64,000 nt of DNA from Candidatus Magasanikbacteria bacterium GW2011_GWA2_56_11 (GTDB lineage Bacteria; Patescibacteriota; Patescibacteriia; Magasanikbacterales; UBA922): contig LCRX01000009.1 of NCBI GenBank assembly GCA_001004885.1, forward strand, positions 1,459 to 65,458, written 5' to 3'. The notes under the pieces were generated by a model that saw nothing but the letters and a program-made list of their open reading frames with translations, searched no databases and was not told the origin of the DNA. Shown here in pieces: positions 19,632-29,831 of the stretch. The position numbers and the translations under genes were made by a program. Every line of letters begins with the position of its first letter. The stretch's first letter is position 1.

Positions 19632-19641
19632 TTATCGACGA

Positions 19642-19677
19642 CCGCCCCCCGACTTGAGCCGGGGGGCGGGTTTGTTC
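19642..19677 (+). terminator. GC-rich hairpin terminator after tuf
   Basis: ccgcccccc...ggggggcgg plus gtttgtt. Confidence 0.45.
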
Positions 19678-19695
19678 CTTAACCGGATTTCTGGT

Positions 19696-20058
19696 ATGAC
19701 CCCGACTGATACGACAATCAAGAAGGCAGACAAAGACGACGCCGCGAACGCCGGCCCCAGGGTGCGCATCAAAATCAAGGCCTACGACCACAAAATCATT
19801 GATACGGCCACCAAGACTATTATTGACACGGCCGAGCGCAACAACGTCAAAGTTATCGGCCCGGTACCCCTGCCGACCCAGATCAGCAAATACAGCGTTA
19901 ACCGTTCGACTTTCGTGCACAAAACTGCCCAGGAGCAGTACGAAATGCGCACGCACAAGCGTTTGATTGATATTATCAGTCCGTCGCCCAAGGCGCTCGA
20001 CGCTCTTATGAACCTTAACTTGCCGAGCGGGGTGGACGTGGAAATCAAAATGATGTAG
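19696..20058 (+). CDS. rpsJ: ribosomal protein uS10 with a short N-terminal extension
   Basis: RIKIKAYDHKIIDTA...GPVPLPT...THKRLIDI; start moved downstream of the terminator hairpin. Confidence 0.9.
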   Translation: MTPTDTTIKKADKDDAANAGPRVRIKIKAYDHKIIDTATKTIIDTAERNNVKVIGPVPLPTQISKYSVNRSTFVHKTAQEQYEMRTHKRLIDIISPSPKALDALMNLNLPSGVDVEIKMM

Positions 20059-20400
20059 TCCGAGGTTTTTGGGATGTTCGGGTGTGGACAGAGCCCCTAT
20101 TTCTACTTGACAGAGGCGGCGGCATAGTATACACTATCGCTGCCATCAAAGCCCATTGGCAGCTGGCCAGATAAGATCCCCAAGCTTTAGGTTTGGGAGA
20201 AAACATCTGGGAAGAGTCCCATGGGTAGAGGAGTAATGTTGCCTTAAATTAAGAACAAAGCCGTTATTCTTGCGAATAAGAGGCTAGAAGGCAGATCGTG
20301 GAAGTTGGTTTGTGGCCAGAATCCGGCCCTCCGACGTCCTCCCCGGTTTACCTTCTAGTTTTTTATATCACGATCAGACTAGAGTTGAGATTTCTGGACT

Positions 20401-20955
20401 ATGAAGTTCATTGTCGGTAAAAAAATAGGCATGTCCCAGGTTTTTTTGAATAACGGCACGGTTGTGCCGGTAACGCGGATTCAAGCCGGGCCATGTGTCG
20501 TTACCCAGATCAAGTCTCAAGCCAAAGACGGCGTAGACGCGGTCCAGGTGGGTTTTGGAATTCAAAAAGCATTTCGTTTGAGCCGCCCTGAACAGGGCCA
20601 TCTCAAGGGCATTGACATGGGAACCGGGTTAACCGTGCGTTTTTTGCGGGAGCGACCAATGGCCGAGGCCGCCGATCTTAAGCGCGGTGATGTTTTTACA
20701 GTGAAGGTTTTTTCCCCGGGCGAGAAGGTCCAAGTGGTTGGCACCTCAAAAGGCAAGGGCTTCCAAGGCGTGGTCAAACGCCATGGCTTTGCCGGCGGTC
20801 CGGCCTCGCATGGACACAAGGACAACCTGCGCATGCCGGGAAGTATCGGTGCCGGCGGCGTCCAGCGCGTGTTCAAAAATATGCGTATGGCGTGGTTATC
20901 TCTACCCCCGAAGGCAAGATTGAAGTTGAAACACTTCCCGTGGAAGCGCCGATAG
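20401..20955 (+). CDS. rplC: ribosomal protein uL3 with an atypical C-terminus
   Basis: GKKIGMSQVF...GTSKGKGFQGVVKRHGF...PGSIGAGG; the conserved C-terminal VTVQNL...VKGAVPG segment is not found in any frame. Confidence 0.85.
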   Translation: MKFIVGKKIGMSQVFLNNGTVVPVTRIQAGPCVVTQIKSQAKDGVDAVQVGFGIQKAFRLSRPEQGHLKGIDMGTGLTVRFLRERPMAEAADLKRGDVFTVKVFSPGEKVQVVGTSKGKGFQGVVKRHGFAGGPASHGHKDNLRMPGSIGAGGVQRVFKNMRMAWLSLPPKARLKLKHFPWKRR

Positions 20956-21100
20956 CCGCCGAACCCGCCGCGTTGGCGCCAGCCGCCCCGGTCGAAGAGA
21001 TTTTGCCAGACGAAACGCCGGCCGAACCAGCTTCCGCGGCGGCCACAGAAACGGCAGAGCCAGATGAGAAATCCGCCTAAGGGCGCAACCAGGATAGAAT

Positions 21101-21730
21101 ATGACCAAAGTTAAAGTCTACAATCCAGCGGGCGAAGCTGTTCGGGAAATTGAACTGCCGGCGGTCGTGTTCGGTATCTCTCCCAAGTCCGAAGTAGTGC
21201 ACCAAGTCTATACCGCCCAGATAGCCAATGAACGCGAACCCTGGGCCGACACGAAAGACCGCGGCGAGGTTCGTGGCGGCGGCAAAAAGCCCTGGAAGCA
21301 AAAGGGTACCGGGCGGGCCCGCCACGGTTCGATCCGGTCGCCGATTTGGAAAGGCGGCGGCGTTACTTTCGGGCCGCTGTCATGGCGTAATTACGCTCAG
21401 AAAATCAACAGAAAGATGAAACAGCTGGCAGTTAAAATGTGCTTGGCCGACAAGGCGTCCAACGGCACTTTGGTCGTTTTGACCGAGTTGCCGTCAGACG
21501 GAAAAACGAAAAGTTTGGCCGAGTTACGCCGGCGCTTGCCGGGCGACAACCGTCGGGCAGTGGTCTTGACGGCCGAGTATGACGCCGCGGCCCTCCGGGC
21601 CGGACGCAACGTACCGCAGACCCAGGTTCGCGAAGCCCGTGAAGTCAGTGTGGTAGACCTTTTGCGCTTTCAATACGTAATCGCGACCGAAGCGGCGATT
21701 AAGGTGCTCGCCGAGCGTTTGACTCGTTAG
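21101..21730 (+). CDS. rplD: ribosomal protein uL4
   Basis: L4 sequence. Confidence 0.95.
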   Translation: MTKVKVYNPAGEAVREIELPAVVFGISPKSEVVHQVYTAQIANEREPWADTKDRGEVRGGGKKPWKQKGTGRARHGSIRSPIWKGGGVTFGPLSWRNYAQKINRKMKQLAVKMCLADKASNGTLVVLTELPSDGKTKSLAELRRRLPGDNRRAVVLTAEYDAAALRAGRNVPQTQVREAREVSVVDLLRFQYVIATEAAIKVLAERLTR

Positions 21731-21759
21731 TTTTTGCCCCCAAATTCCTGATCAGCTAT

Positions 21760-22185
21760 ATGGGAATACTTGAAAAAATCAAAAAAACCAAACCGGACTC
21801 CGAAGCTGGAGCCAGCGTTGACGCCGGGGAAAAAAAGCCGGCCGGGCGCAAAGGCAGCGTCGCGGCGCCAACAGCGGCCCCGGAGAAACACGCTGCCCGG
21901 GGTCTGGCATACCGCATTTTGCTTAAGCCTTTGCTGAGCGAAAAAGCGACTCACGGAGAGCGCCACGGGGCCTATATTTTTATGGTGGCTAAAACCGCCA
22001 CTAAGCCCGAAATTGCCGCGGCTGTCCAAGCGGTGTACGGAGTGAAACCGCAAAAAGTTAATACTGTCAGCCTGGAGGGCAAAGAAGTCCGTTTTGGCCG
22101 CCGCACCGGCCGCCGCAAGGGCTGGAAAAAGGCAGTGGTTTTTTTGCCCAAAGGCAAGTCAATCAGCATTCACGCCGGAGTTTAG
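21760..22185 (+). CDS. rplW: ribosomal protein uL23 with a Lys/Ala/Pro-rich N-terminal extension
   Basis: LLKPLLSEKAT...IFMVAKTATKPEI...GKEVRFG. Confidence 0.9.
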   Translation: MGILEKIKKTKPDSEAGASVDAGEKKPAGRKGSVAAPTAAPEKHAARGLAYRILLKPLLSEKATHGERHGAYIFMVAKTATKPEIAAAVQAVYGVKPQKVNTVSLEGKEVRFGRRTGRRKGWKKAVVFLPKGKSISIHAGV

Positions 22186-22200
22186 GGTTACGCTACCGCT

Positions 22201-23046
22201 ATGACCATAAAACACTACAAACCAACTACCCCAGGCCGCCGCAAAGCCAGCGTGCAGGATTTTTCTGATGTTACGAGCGGCAAACCCGTGCGGTCGCTGG
22301 TCAAAGTTTTGAAACAGCACGCCGGCCGCAACAATAGCGGCCAGATTACGGTGCGCCACCGCGGCGGCGGAGTTAAGCGTTTGTACCGTCTCATTGACTT
22401 CAAACTCACGAAGTACGACGTTTCGGGCACCATAAAGACTATTGAATACGATCCGAACCGCGGCGCCCGCATCGCTCTCGTAGAGTACGCCGACGCGGAG
22501 AAAGCGTACATCGTGCTTCCGCAGGGGCTAAATGTCGGGGATAAAATTATTTCTTCGAGCGGTCCGGTGGAAGCAGCTCCCGGGGTGCGGATGCCTCTTA
22601 AGTACATTCCGGTCGGTTTGTTTGTTTACAACATTGAATTGGAGCCTGGCCGGGGCGGCCAGCTGGTGCGCAGCGCCGGAGTCGGGGCGCAGATACAGAC
22701 GCTTGAGGGCGGTTATGCCCAGCTAAAGTTGCCTTCGGGCGAGATCAGAATCCTGCCGGAGGCCTGCCGGGCGACTATAGGGCAGGTAAGTAACCCCGAC
22801 TTTAAGCTGGTGCGTTTGGGCAAGGCCGGTCGCAAGCGCCACATGGGCTGGAGGCCGGTGGTGCGCGGCAAGGTAATGAACCCGATTGACCATCCGCACG
22901 GCGGCGGCGAGGGCCGCAATTCGATTGGTTTGAAAGACGGTCCGAAAACAGCCTGGGGGAAACCGGCGTTGGGCGTCAAGACTCGCCGCCACAAGAAGTC
23001 CAGCGATAAACTTATTATTCAGCGCCGGAAAGCACGGAAGAAGTAA
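22201..23046 (+). CDS. rplB: ribosomal protein uL2
   Basis: L2 sequence. Confidence 0.97.
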   Translation: MTIKHYKPTTPGRRKASVQDFSDVTSGKPVRSLVKVLKQHAGRNNSGQITVRHRGGGVKRLYRLIDFKLTKYDVSGTIKTIEYDPNRGARIALVEYADAEKAYIVLPQGLNVGDKIISSSGPVEAAPGVRMPLKYIPVGLFVYNIELEPGRGGQLVRSAGVGAQIQTLEGGYAQLKLPSGEIRILPEACRATIGQVSNPDFKLVRLGKAGRKRHMGWRPVVRGKVMNPIDHPHGGGEGRNSIGLKDGPKTAWGKPALGVKTRRHKKSSDKLIIQRRKARKK

Positions 23047-23058
23047 CCTGGAAACGTT

Positions 23059-23388
23059 ATGTCACGAAGTTTAAAAAAGGGACCGTTTGTAGATGGCAGA
23101 CTCTTGGAGAAAGTGCAGAAGGCCAGGGCCGGCGGCAACCGTACGCCGATAAAAACCTGGTCGCGCGCTTCAACAATCACGCCTGAGATGGTCGGAATGA
23201 CATTTTCGGTGCACAACGGCAAGACATTCATTAGCGTTTTCGCGGAAGAAAACATGGTCGGACACCGTTTGGGAGAGTTTTCCCCGACGCGCAAGTTTTT
23301 GGGACATGGCGGCAAGATGGCCAAGGAGCAGACTAAAACCGCCGGTGCCGCCGCTCCTGCGCCGCAAGCCAAAGCCACGAAACGATAA
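23059..23388 (+). CDS. rpsS: ribosomal protein uS19
   Basis: S19 sequence. Confidence 0.95.
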   Translation: MSRSLKKGPFVDGRLLEKVQKARAGGNRTPIKTWSRASTITPEMVGMTFSVHNGKTFISVFAEENMVGHRLGEFSPTRKFLGHGGKMAKEQTKTAGAAAPAPQAKATKR

Positions 23389-23448
23389 TCGGTTGGGAGC
23401 GGCAGAGCGGGGTTCACCCCAGCGTTGCCCGCCCAGAACTTTGTCAGT

Positions 23449-23865
23449 ATGAATTTTGAAGCTACAGCACAACTTAACAGCCTGCGCATCAGCCCGCGCA
23501 AGGTCCGGCTCGTAACGGACGTGATCAAAGGCCTGCCGGTGGAGCGGGCGCGGCAGGAATTGAAGTTTTCGGCCAAAGATGCCGCCCGCCCGGTGTTGAA
23601 GCTCCTGGAATCGGCGGTGGCGAATGCCGTGCATAACCACCACCTGAAACCGGAGACGCTGGTCGTAAAGCACACGGCCGTGAACGGCGGTTCGATTTTG
23701 TACCGCTGGATGCCGCGCGCTATGGGACGGGCGACGCCCCTGCGCAAGCGGACGGCGCATGTGTCGATGGTACTTTCCGGCGAGGTTGACGAGAAGGCCA
23801 AGGCAGTCGCGGCCGCCGGAGCGGATGCTCCGGCCGAAAAAACGCCGGCCGGGAAAGCCGAATAA
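23449..23865 (+). CDS. rplV: ribosomal protein uL22
   Basis: RISPRKVRLV...; start set at the internal ATG. Confidence 0.9.
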   Translation: MNFEATAQLNSLRISPRKVRLVTDVIKGLPVERARQELKFSAKDAARPVLKLLESAVANAVHNHHLKPETLVVKHTAVNGGSILYRWMPRAMGRATPLRKRTAHVSMVLSGEVDEKAKAVAAAGADAPAEKTPAGKAE

Positions 23866-23938
23866 TGTAATCTAAACTAGCCGCCAGAGTGGCCGCGCCA
23901 GGGGCAGGTCCCGGACGAAAACTCTGACTTTCTAAATT

Positions 23939-24622
23939 ATGGGTCATAAAGTCCATCCGAAAATTCACCGCATGCCGATTCTTTTTCCCTGGCCGTCGCG
24001 CTGGGTAGATACGGCACACTACGCCGACCGCGTGGCCGAAGATATCAAGATTCGCGAGTACCTCAAGGCGAAATTTAAAGATGCCCAAATTGACAGCATC
24101 TTTGTCGAACGCAGCGCCAAGAACATGACCTTGACGATATTCGCCGGCAAGCCGGGCATTGTTATCGGCCGGGGCGGGCAGGGGTTGGACCAGATCCGCA
24201 AAGAAATCGAACGCCAATTTTTGAAAATGGCGATGAAAGTGAAGTTGAATATCCAGGAAGTAAGCTCGCCGTCGTTATCGGCCGAGATTATTGCCCAGAG
24301 CGTCGTGCGCGACACCGAGGGGCGGCTGCCGTACCGCCGGGTGATAAAACAGCACTTGGAGCGGGTGATGAAATCCGGCGCCCTCGGGGTCAAGATAGGC
24401 ATGGCCGGCCGGTTGAACGGCGTGGAAATCGCTCGCGAGGAAATTCTGGCCAAGGGCAAAATTCCGCTCATTACCCTGCGCAGCAATGTGGACTATGCTT
24501 ACGCCATCGCCAAGACGATGTACGGCACTATCGGGGTAAAAGTATGGATTTACAAAGGCGAGTCGTTCGAGCGCGTTGATCGTTTAACCGAGGCGAAGGA
24601 AACCGCCAAGGAGCGCACCTAA
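23939..24622 (+). CDS. rpsC: ribosomal protein uS3
   Basis: MGHKVHPK...; KH domain present. Confidence 0.95.
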   Translation: MGHKVHPKIHRMPILFPWPSRWVDTAHYADRVAEDIKIREYLKAKFKDAQIDSIFVERSAKNMTLTIFAGKPGIVIGRGGQGLDQIRKEIERQFLKMAMKVKLNIQEVSSPSLSAEIIAQSVVRDTEGRLPYRRVIKQHLERVMKSGALGVKIGMAGRLNGVEIAREEILAKGKIPLITLRSNVDYAYAIAKTMYGTIGVKVWIYKGESFERVDRLTEAKETAKERT

Positions 24623-24631
24623 AATTAGTGT

Positions 24632-25045
24632 ATGTTGCTACCAAAGAAAGTTAAACACCGCAAATGGCACAAGCCCCGCCGCCGCAACCTGGGCGTGGCG
24701 ACCCGTCTCAGCACCGTGGCTTTCGGCAGTTTCGGGCTCAAGTCCATGGACCATGCCTGGATCAGCTCCCGCCAGATCGAGGCAGCGCGCCGGGTTTTGA
24801 CCCGCTATGTTAAGCGCGGCGGCAAGATTTGGATTCGAGTTTTTCCGGACCGTCCGGTAACCAAAAAGGGCAATGAAGTGCCGATGGGCGGCGGCAAAGG
24901 TTCGCCGGAATATTTTGTCTGCACCATTAAGCCGGGTACTGTCCTGTTTGAAATGGAAGGCATCCCCGAGGACAAAGCGCGCGAGGCGCTGTTGCTCTCG
25001 GCGCACAAGCTGCCGCTCAAGGCTAAGTTCGTGAGGCGCGGCTAA
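24632..25045 (+). CDS. rplP: ribosomal protein uL16
   Basis: L16 sequence. Confidence 0.95.
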   Translation: MLLPKKVKHRKWHKPRRRNLGVATRLSTVAFGSFGLKSMDHAWISSRQIEAARRVLTRYVKRGGKIWIRVFPDRPVTKKGNEVPMGGGKGSPEYFVCTIKPGTVLFEMEGIPEDKAREALLLSAHKLPLKAKFVRRG

Positions 25046-25104
25046 CTAATTCGGAGTACCCAGACCGGCGATCAGATTTCCCCGGTCTGGGTACTCCGAA
25101 TTAG
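25046..25104. repeat. perfect 23-bp inverted repeat with a 13-nt loop between rplP and rpmC
   Basis: ctaattcggagtacccagaccgg / ccggtctgggtactccgaattag. Confidence 0.5.
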
Positions 25105-25131
25105 ACCAGTTAACCGGAGTAAGTATTCAGT

Positions 25132-25350
25132 ATGGAGATGAGCGAACTAAAAAATAAATCGTTATCAGAGCTTCATCGGTCTCTCGGCGAGATGCGCGAG
25201 GAACTGCGGGAGCTGCGTTTCAAAGTCAGCGAGCGCCAGCTGGCGCAGGTGCGCCGTGTCCGCGCGCTTAAGCGCCGCATTGCCCAGGTGCTGACCGCTA
25301 TCAATCATCGAGCCAAAGCCGCCACTAAGCCGGCCGGGCAAAAGTCCTAG
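25132..25350 (+). CDS. rpmC: ribosomal protein uL29
   Basis: L29 sequence. Confidence 0.9.
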   Translation: MEMSELKNKSLSELHRSLGEMREELRELRFKVSERQLAQVRRVRALKRRIAQVLTAINHRAKAATKPAGQKS

Positions 25351-25363
25351 CCCTTAAATTGTT

Positions 25364-25636
25364 ATGAAGCAAGTTACCCCCCAGACTCCTGCCGCCAAGC
25401 CGCCGCACCGCCGTTTTTCCGGCGAAGTGGTAAGCGTGAGCGGGCAAAAGACAGTGCGGGTCAAAGTGGAAACGATCAAGATGCATCCCAAGTACCGCAA
25501 GCAGTACACCACGCGCAAACACTTCGCGGTGCACGACGAAAAGAATGCGGCCCAGGTCGGTAACGTAATTTTGTTTGAAGAGTGCCGGCCATTGAGCAAG
25601 ACCAAGCGGTGGCGGCTGATCGCGGTCGTGAAGTAA
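25364..25636 (+). CDS. rpsQ: ribosomal protein uS17
   Basis: S17 sequence. Confidence 0.9.
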   Translation: MKQVTPQTPAAKPPHRRFSGEVVSVSGQKTVRVKVETIKMHPKYRKQYTTRKHFAVHDEKNAAQVGNVILFEECRPLSKTKRWRLIAVVK

Positions 25637-25657
25637 GTTAATCCCTGAGTAACGATT

Positions 25658-26029
25658 ATGATCCAGCATCGCAGTATTCTCAAAGTAGCGGATAACAGCG
25701 GAGCCAAAAAACTCATGTGTATTCGAGTTCGCGGCGGCTACAAAAAACGGTACGCGCGGCTGGGAGATATTATTACCTGCGCCGTGAAAGAAGCCGCGCC
25801 CCGCGGAACGGTGAAAAAAAGCGAAGTCGTGCATGCCGTTATTGTCCGCCAGAGAAAAGAGGCGCGCCGCGCTGACGGTACGTATATCCGTTTTGACGAG
25901 AATGCGGCCGTGGTCATAGACGAAAAGAACAAAGAACCTAAGGGGACGCGTATTTTCGGACCGGTGGCCAGGGAATTGCGCGCCAAGGGATTCCAGAAAA
26001 TAGTGTCTTTGGCCCCGGAAGTGTTGTAA
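25658..26029 (+). CDS. rplN: ribosomal protein uL14
   Basis: L14 sequence. Confidence 0.97.
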   Translation: MIQHRSILKVADNSGAKKLMCIRVRGGYKKRYARLGDIITCAVKEAAPRGTVKKSEVVHAVIVRQRKEARRADGTYIRFDENAAVVIDEKNKEPKGTRIFGPVARELRAKGFQKIVSLAPEVL

Positions 26030-26053
26030 GAGGGTTAACTTAAACACGAGAGT

Positions 26054-26374
26054 ATGAAAATTAAAACCGGCGATAAAGTTAAACTCCTCTCGGGGAAAGA
26101 CCGCGGCAAGACCGGCAAGGTTATTCAGGTACTTTACAACCGCGACAAACAGGCGCACTATGTGGTTGTCGAGGGAGTGAACAAATTGAAAAAACATCTG
26201 CGCGCCGGCCGCCGTTCGGAAAAGGGACAGGTAATAGAACTGCCCGCGCCGGTCCAGATTAGCAAAGTAATGTTGGTTGATCCGAAGTCGGGGAAACCGA
26301 CCCGGGTCGCTTTCCGGGCCGAGGGCGCCACCAAGAAGCGCGTGGCCAAGGTAAGCGGCGAGGCAGTTGATTAA
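26054..26374 (+). CDS. rplX: ribosomal protein uL24
   Basis: L24 KOW sequence. Confidence 0.95.
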   Translation: MKIKTGDKVKLLSGKDRGKTGKVIQVLYNRDKQAHYVVVEGVNKLKKHLRAGRRSEKGQVIELPAPVQISKVMLVDPKSGKPTRVAFRAEGATKKRVAKVSGEAVD

Positions 26375-26429
26375 AAGAACGCCGTCTCCGGCCAGAGACT
26401 TTCTCGGCCGCGGATGGCGAATTATACCT

Positions 26430-26978
26430 ATGTCGTCACGTCTTTATACCCACTACAAACAGACAGTCGTACCGGCGCTCAAGTCAGAATTGGGCTATCG
26501 GAATATCATGCAGGTACCTCGTCTCACCAAAATCGTCCTCAATATCGGTTTTGGCCGGCATGCCAAAGAAGAGAAGTTCATCGAGAGCGCGCTTTCGTTG
26601 CTCTCGACCATTACCGGGCAGAAGCCGGTGCGCGCCAAAGCCAAAAAGTCGATTTCGAATTTTAAAATCCGCCAGGGCATGGACATCGGCGCGGCCGTAA
26701 CTCTTCGGGGAGAGCGGATGTATGATTTTTTTGACCGCCTGATAACATTGACCCTGCCGCGCGTGCGCGATTTTCGCGGACTCTCGCGCAAGAGTTTTGA
26801 CGGCCGAGGGAACTACACCTTCGGTTTCAAAGAACACCTGGCGTTTCCGGAAATTACCGGCGTGGAGGTGGGCGATATTATCCACGGGCTCGAGATTACG
26901 GTCGCCACCAATGCCAAGACGGATGAGGCCGGTTATGCTTTGCTAAGCAAACTGGGCCTGCCGCTGCGCCAGAAATAA
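26430..26978 (+). CDS. rplE: ribosomal protein uL5
   Basis: L5 sequence; start set at the internal [13 protein letters not shown]. Confidence 0.95.
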   Translation: MSSRLYTHYKQTVVPALKSELGYRNIMQVPRLTKIVLNIGFGRHAKEEKFIESALSLLSTITGQKPVRAKAKKSISNFKIRQGMDIGAAVTLRGERMYDFFDRLITLTLPRVRDFRGLSRKSFDGRGNYTFGFKEHLAFPEITGVEVGDIIHGLEITVATNAKTDEAGYALLSKLGLPLRQK

Positions 26979-27004
26979 TATTTATTGTCTCACGAGCATA
27001 CGTT

Positions 27005-27190
27005 ATGGCTACCGAAGCCCAAAAAATTAAATCGAAACGCAAGCCCAAGTTTGTCACCCGGGTAGTCAACCGGTGCTGGAAGTGCGGCCGCAAGCGCAGC
27101 TACATGCGCAAATTCAAACTTTGCCGCATCTGTTTCCGGGAATTGGCCAATCAGGGATTCCTGCCCGGAGTGCGCAAATCAAGCTGGTAA
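27005..27190 (+). CDS. rpsN: ribosomal protein uS14, zinc-binding type Z
   Basis: 61 aa; CWKCGRK...CRICFRE. Confidence 0.9.
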   Translation: MATEAQKIKSKRKPKFVTRVVNRCWKCGRKRSYMRKFKLCRICFRELANQGFLPGVRKSSW

Positions 27191-27218
27191 ATCAGTTGCT
27201 TAAGCAGATTACACAAGT

Positions 27219-27608
27219 ATGATGACGGATACTATCGCAGACATGCTTACCCGGATAAGAAACGCCCAGATGGCCGGCAAACGCCAGGTGAGCGTGCCTT
27301 TGTCGCGGGGAAAGTACGCGATTGCCAACTTATTGAGCCGCGAAGGCTACGTGGGCAAGGTGGAGACAGTGGAAGGCACCCCGGCCCAGCTCATGATAGA
27401 GCTTAAATACCGCGGGGCCGAACCGGCTATCCAGTCTATAGACCGCGCGAGCAAGCCGGGGCACCGCGTATACCGCCAGGCTTCCGAGCTGCCGGTGGTT
27501 TTGAACGGCTATGGCATCTCCATAGTGTCTACCTCGCAAGGCATCATGACCGGCGCGGAGGCGAAAGAACGCGGTGTCGGCGGCGAGATTATTTGTTCAG
27601 TCTACTAA
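27219..27608 (+). CDS. rpsH: ribosomal protein uS8
   Basis: S8 sequence. Confidence 0.95.
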   Translation: MMTDTIADMLTRIRNAQMAGKRQVSVPLSRGKYAIANLLSREGYVGKVETVEGTPAQLMIELKYRGAEPAIQSIDRASKPGHRVYRQASELPVVLNGYGISIVSTSQGIMTGAEAKERGVGGEIICSVY

Positions 27609-27687
27609 GAGGATTTCGGATATCAGGGGTCGGATTTAAACCAGAACCGCGTGCCAGATCCGAAGTCCGATATCCGAAATTTGAAGT

Positions 27688-28242
27688 GTGAAACGTATGT
27701 CACGAATTGGCAAACAACTTATCGTATTGCCGGCAGGCGTTACCATGGCGGTTGACGGCCGTGAGGTAACCGTAAAAGGCCCGAAAGGGGAGCTTAAACG
27801 CACTTTGCCGCCGGGGATCACCGTGGCCGTATCCGGTTCAGAGGCGCAGGTGTCCGCGGCCAACCCGGACGAAAAAGCCGAGCGTTCTTTGTGGGGCACC
27901 CTGGGCGCCCATTTGAGGAATATGGTCAAGGGAGTTACCGCCGGGTTCAGCAAGCAGCTGGAAATTAACGGTGTCGGCTATCGCGTGGCCATGCAGGGCA
28001 AGGATCTCAAGCTGGAGGTGGGGTACTCCCACCCGGTGGTATTCGCGATTCCTGCCGGCGTGCAGGCGGCGGTGGAAAAGAACCTTATTACTCTTTCGAG
28101 CATAGATAAAGAACTTTTGGGCAACGTGGCCGCCGAGCTTCGCTCCGTGCGCCGCCCGGAGCCTTACAAAGGCAAGGGAATAAAATATGTTACGGAAGTT
28201 ATCCGCCGCAAGGCGGGCAAGGCAGCCTCTAAGGGCGCCTAG
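27688..28242 (+). CDS. rplF: ribosomal protein uL6
   Basis: L6 sequence. Confidence 0.95.
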   Translation: MKRMSRIGKQLIVLPAGVTMAVDGREVTVKGPKGELKRTLPPGITVAVSGSEAQVSAANPDEKAERSLWGTLGAHLRNMVKGVTAGFSKQLEINGVGYRVAMQGKDLKLEVGYSHPVVFAIPAGVQAAVEKNLITLSSIDKELLGNVAAELRSVRRPEPYKGKGIKYVTEVIRRKAGKAASKGA

Positions 28243-28257
28243 TGAGAGATTTTACTT

Positions 28258-28638
28258 TTGCGTATGAAACAGAAGGCCACTATCGAAGCCAAACGTCATA
28301 TCCGGCAAACGCGCGTTCGCATGCGGCTGTCCGGCACTGCCGCGCGTCCCCGGTTGAATGTTTTTCGCAGCCTGCGCGGAATTTACGTCCAGCTGATTGA
28401 CGACGCCAAGGGTAAAACCCTCTTGAGCTTGCACAGTAAAACAGCCGACTTGGCCGGCTTCGATACCGAAGGCCGCGCCGGCAAGCTGGCAGTAGCCTAC
28501 GCTTTGGGCCAGGCTATCGCCAAAAAAGCCAAAGATATGAATATAACAAGCGTGGTATTCGACCGCGCCGGCTACCGTTATCACGGTCGCGTGCAAGCGG
28601 TGGCAGAAGGCGCTCGCGCCGGCGGACTGGAATTCTAA
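28258..28638 (+). CDS. rplR: ribosomal protein uL18
   Basis: L18 sequence. Confidence 0.9.
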   Translation: MRMKQKATIEAKRHIRQTRVRMRLSGTAARPRLNVFRSLRGIYVQLIDDAKGKTLLSLHSKTADLAGFDTEGRAGKLAVAYALGQAIAKKAKDMNITSVVFDRAGYRYHGRVQAVAEGARAGGLEF

Positions 28639-28652
28639 CTTCATCTCTAAGT

Positions 28653-29315
28653 TTGTATATCTTGCGTATGGACAAGGGAAAACGCAACAAAAGAGGAGCC
28701 CGTCCGCCTAAGGAGAAACCGGAATTTGACCAGTACATTCTTGATTTGGCGCGCGTAACCCGAGTTACCAAAGGCGGCAAGCAGCTGTCTTTTCGCGCCT
28801 GCGTGATCATCGGCGACCGCCGCGGCCGCGTCGGCTATGGCGTGCAGAAGGGCAAAGACGTGCAGATGGCGGTGGAAAAAGCAGTCAACAACGCCAGAAA
28901 GAACATGATCCGCGTGCCGATTATCAAAGACACTATCCCGCATCGCGTAGAGGCCAAATTCAAGGCGGCCAAGCTCATGATTAAGCCGGCTCCGCGCGGT
29001 TCCGGTCTCATCGCCGGCAGTATGATCCGCAACGTTCTTGATCTCGCCGGCGTGCCGAACGCCTCGGCCAAGATGCTCGGTAAAAGCAACAATAAAATAG
29101 CCAACGTGAAGGCGGCATTTTCGGCCTTGCAATCTTTTAAGCCGTCCGCGCTCGCTCCGGCTCCTGCCCCGGTTAAAGCGTCCGTCGAGAATAGCGGCGG
29201 CGCGGCCGCTCCGGCGGCAGCGCCTGATTCGGCGAAGCCCAAAAAGACGCGCGCTCCGCGCGCCGTCAAAAAAGACGACGGCGTCACCCACGACAAAACT
29301 TCGGCCGCGGCCTAA
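28653..29315 (+). CDS. rpsE: ribosomal protein uS5 with an Ala/Pro-rich C-terminal extension; no L30 gene follows
   Basis: S5 sequence. Confidence 0.95.
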   Translation: MYILRMDKGKRNKRGARPPKEKPEFDQYILDLARVTRVTKGGKQLSFRACVIIGDRRGRVGYGVQKGKDVQMAVEKAVNNARKNMIRVPIIKDTIPHRVEAKFKAAKLMIKPAPRGSGLIAGSMIRNVLDLAGVPNASAKMLGKSNNKIANVKAAFSALQSFKPSALAPAPAPVKASVENSGGAAAPAAAPDSAKPKKTRAPRAVKKDDGVTHDKTSAAA

Positions 29316-29337
29316 AGTTTGACTTTCGTAAATATTT

Positions 29338-29781
29338 ATGACACTGCTTGCACACACACTACGTCCGGGACGCGGCTCTAAACGTAACGCCAAGCGCGTT
29401 GGCCGCGGCAATGCCTCGCAAAAGGGGACTACCGCGGGACGCGGCACCAAGGGGCAGAAGGCCCGAACCGGCGGCCGCGGCGGGCTTAAGCTCAAAGGCC
29501 TGAAGCAGAACTTGCTCAAAGTACCCAAGAGCCGCGGCTTTAAAAGCCACCGGCCGCAGCCGGCCACCGTAACCCTCGGCGCCCTTAACCGCCATTACGA
29601 AGCCGGAGCCAAGATTACTCCTGGCGGCCTCGCCAAGGACAAGGTGGTATCAACCGGCGCCGCCGGAGTCAAGATCGTCGCGACCGGAGAGATCGGCAAG
29701 GCGCTGACAGTGTCGGGCTGCCTGGTGTCCAAAACAGCGGCCGCCGCCATCGAAAAGGCCGGGGGGAAGATCGTCTACTAA
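29338..29781 (+). CDS. rplO: ribosomal protein uL15
   Basis: L15 sequence. Confidence 0.9.
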   Translation: MTLLAHTLRPGRGSKRNAKRVGRGNASQKGTTAGRGTKGQKARTGGRGGLKLKGLKQNLLKVPKSRGFKSHRPQPATVTLGALNRHYEAGAKITPGGLAKDKVVSTGAAGVKIVATGEIGKALTVSGCLVSKTAAAAIEKAGGKIVY

Positions 29782-29831
29782 CCGCGGAGTGAGTGGCGCG
29801 GCAGCCACTGTTTACCGTCTGAATTGCGCGT

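Noticed and set aside
19624-19695. Upstream extension of rpsJ ([18 protein letters not shown]...)
   Set aside because: It is the translation of the tuf terminator hairpin (ccgcccccc...ggggggcgg). The start was moved to the ATG at 19696.
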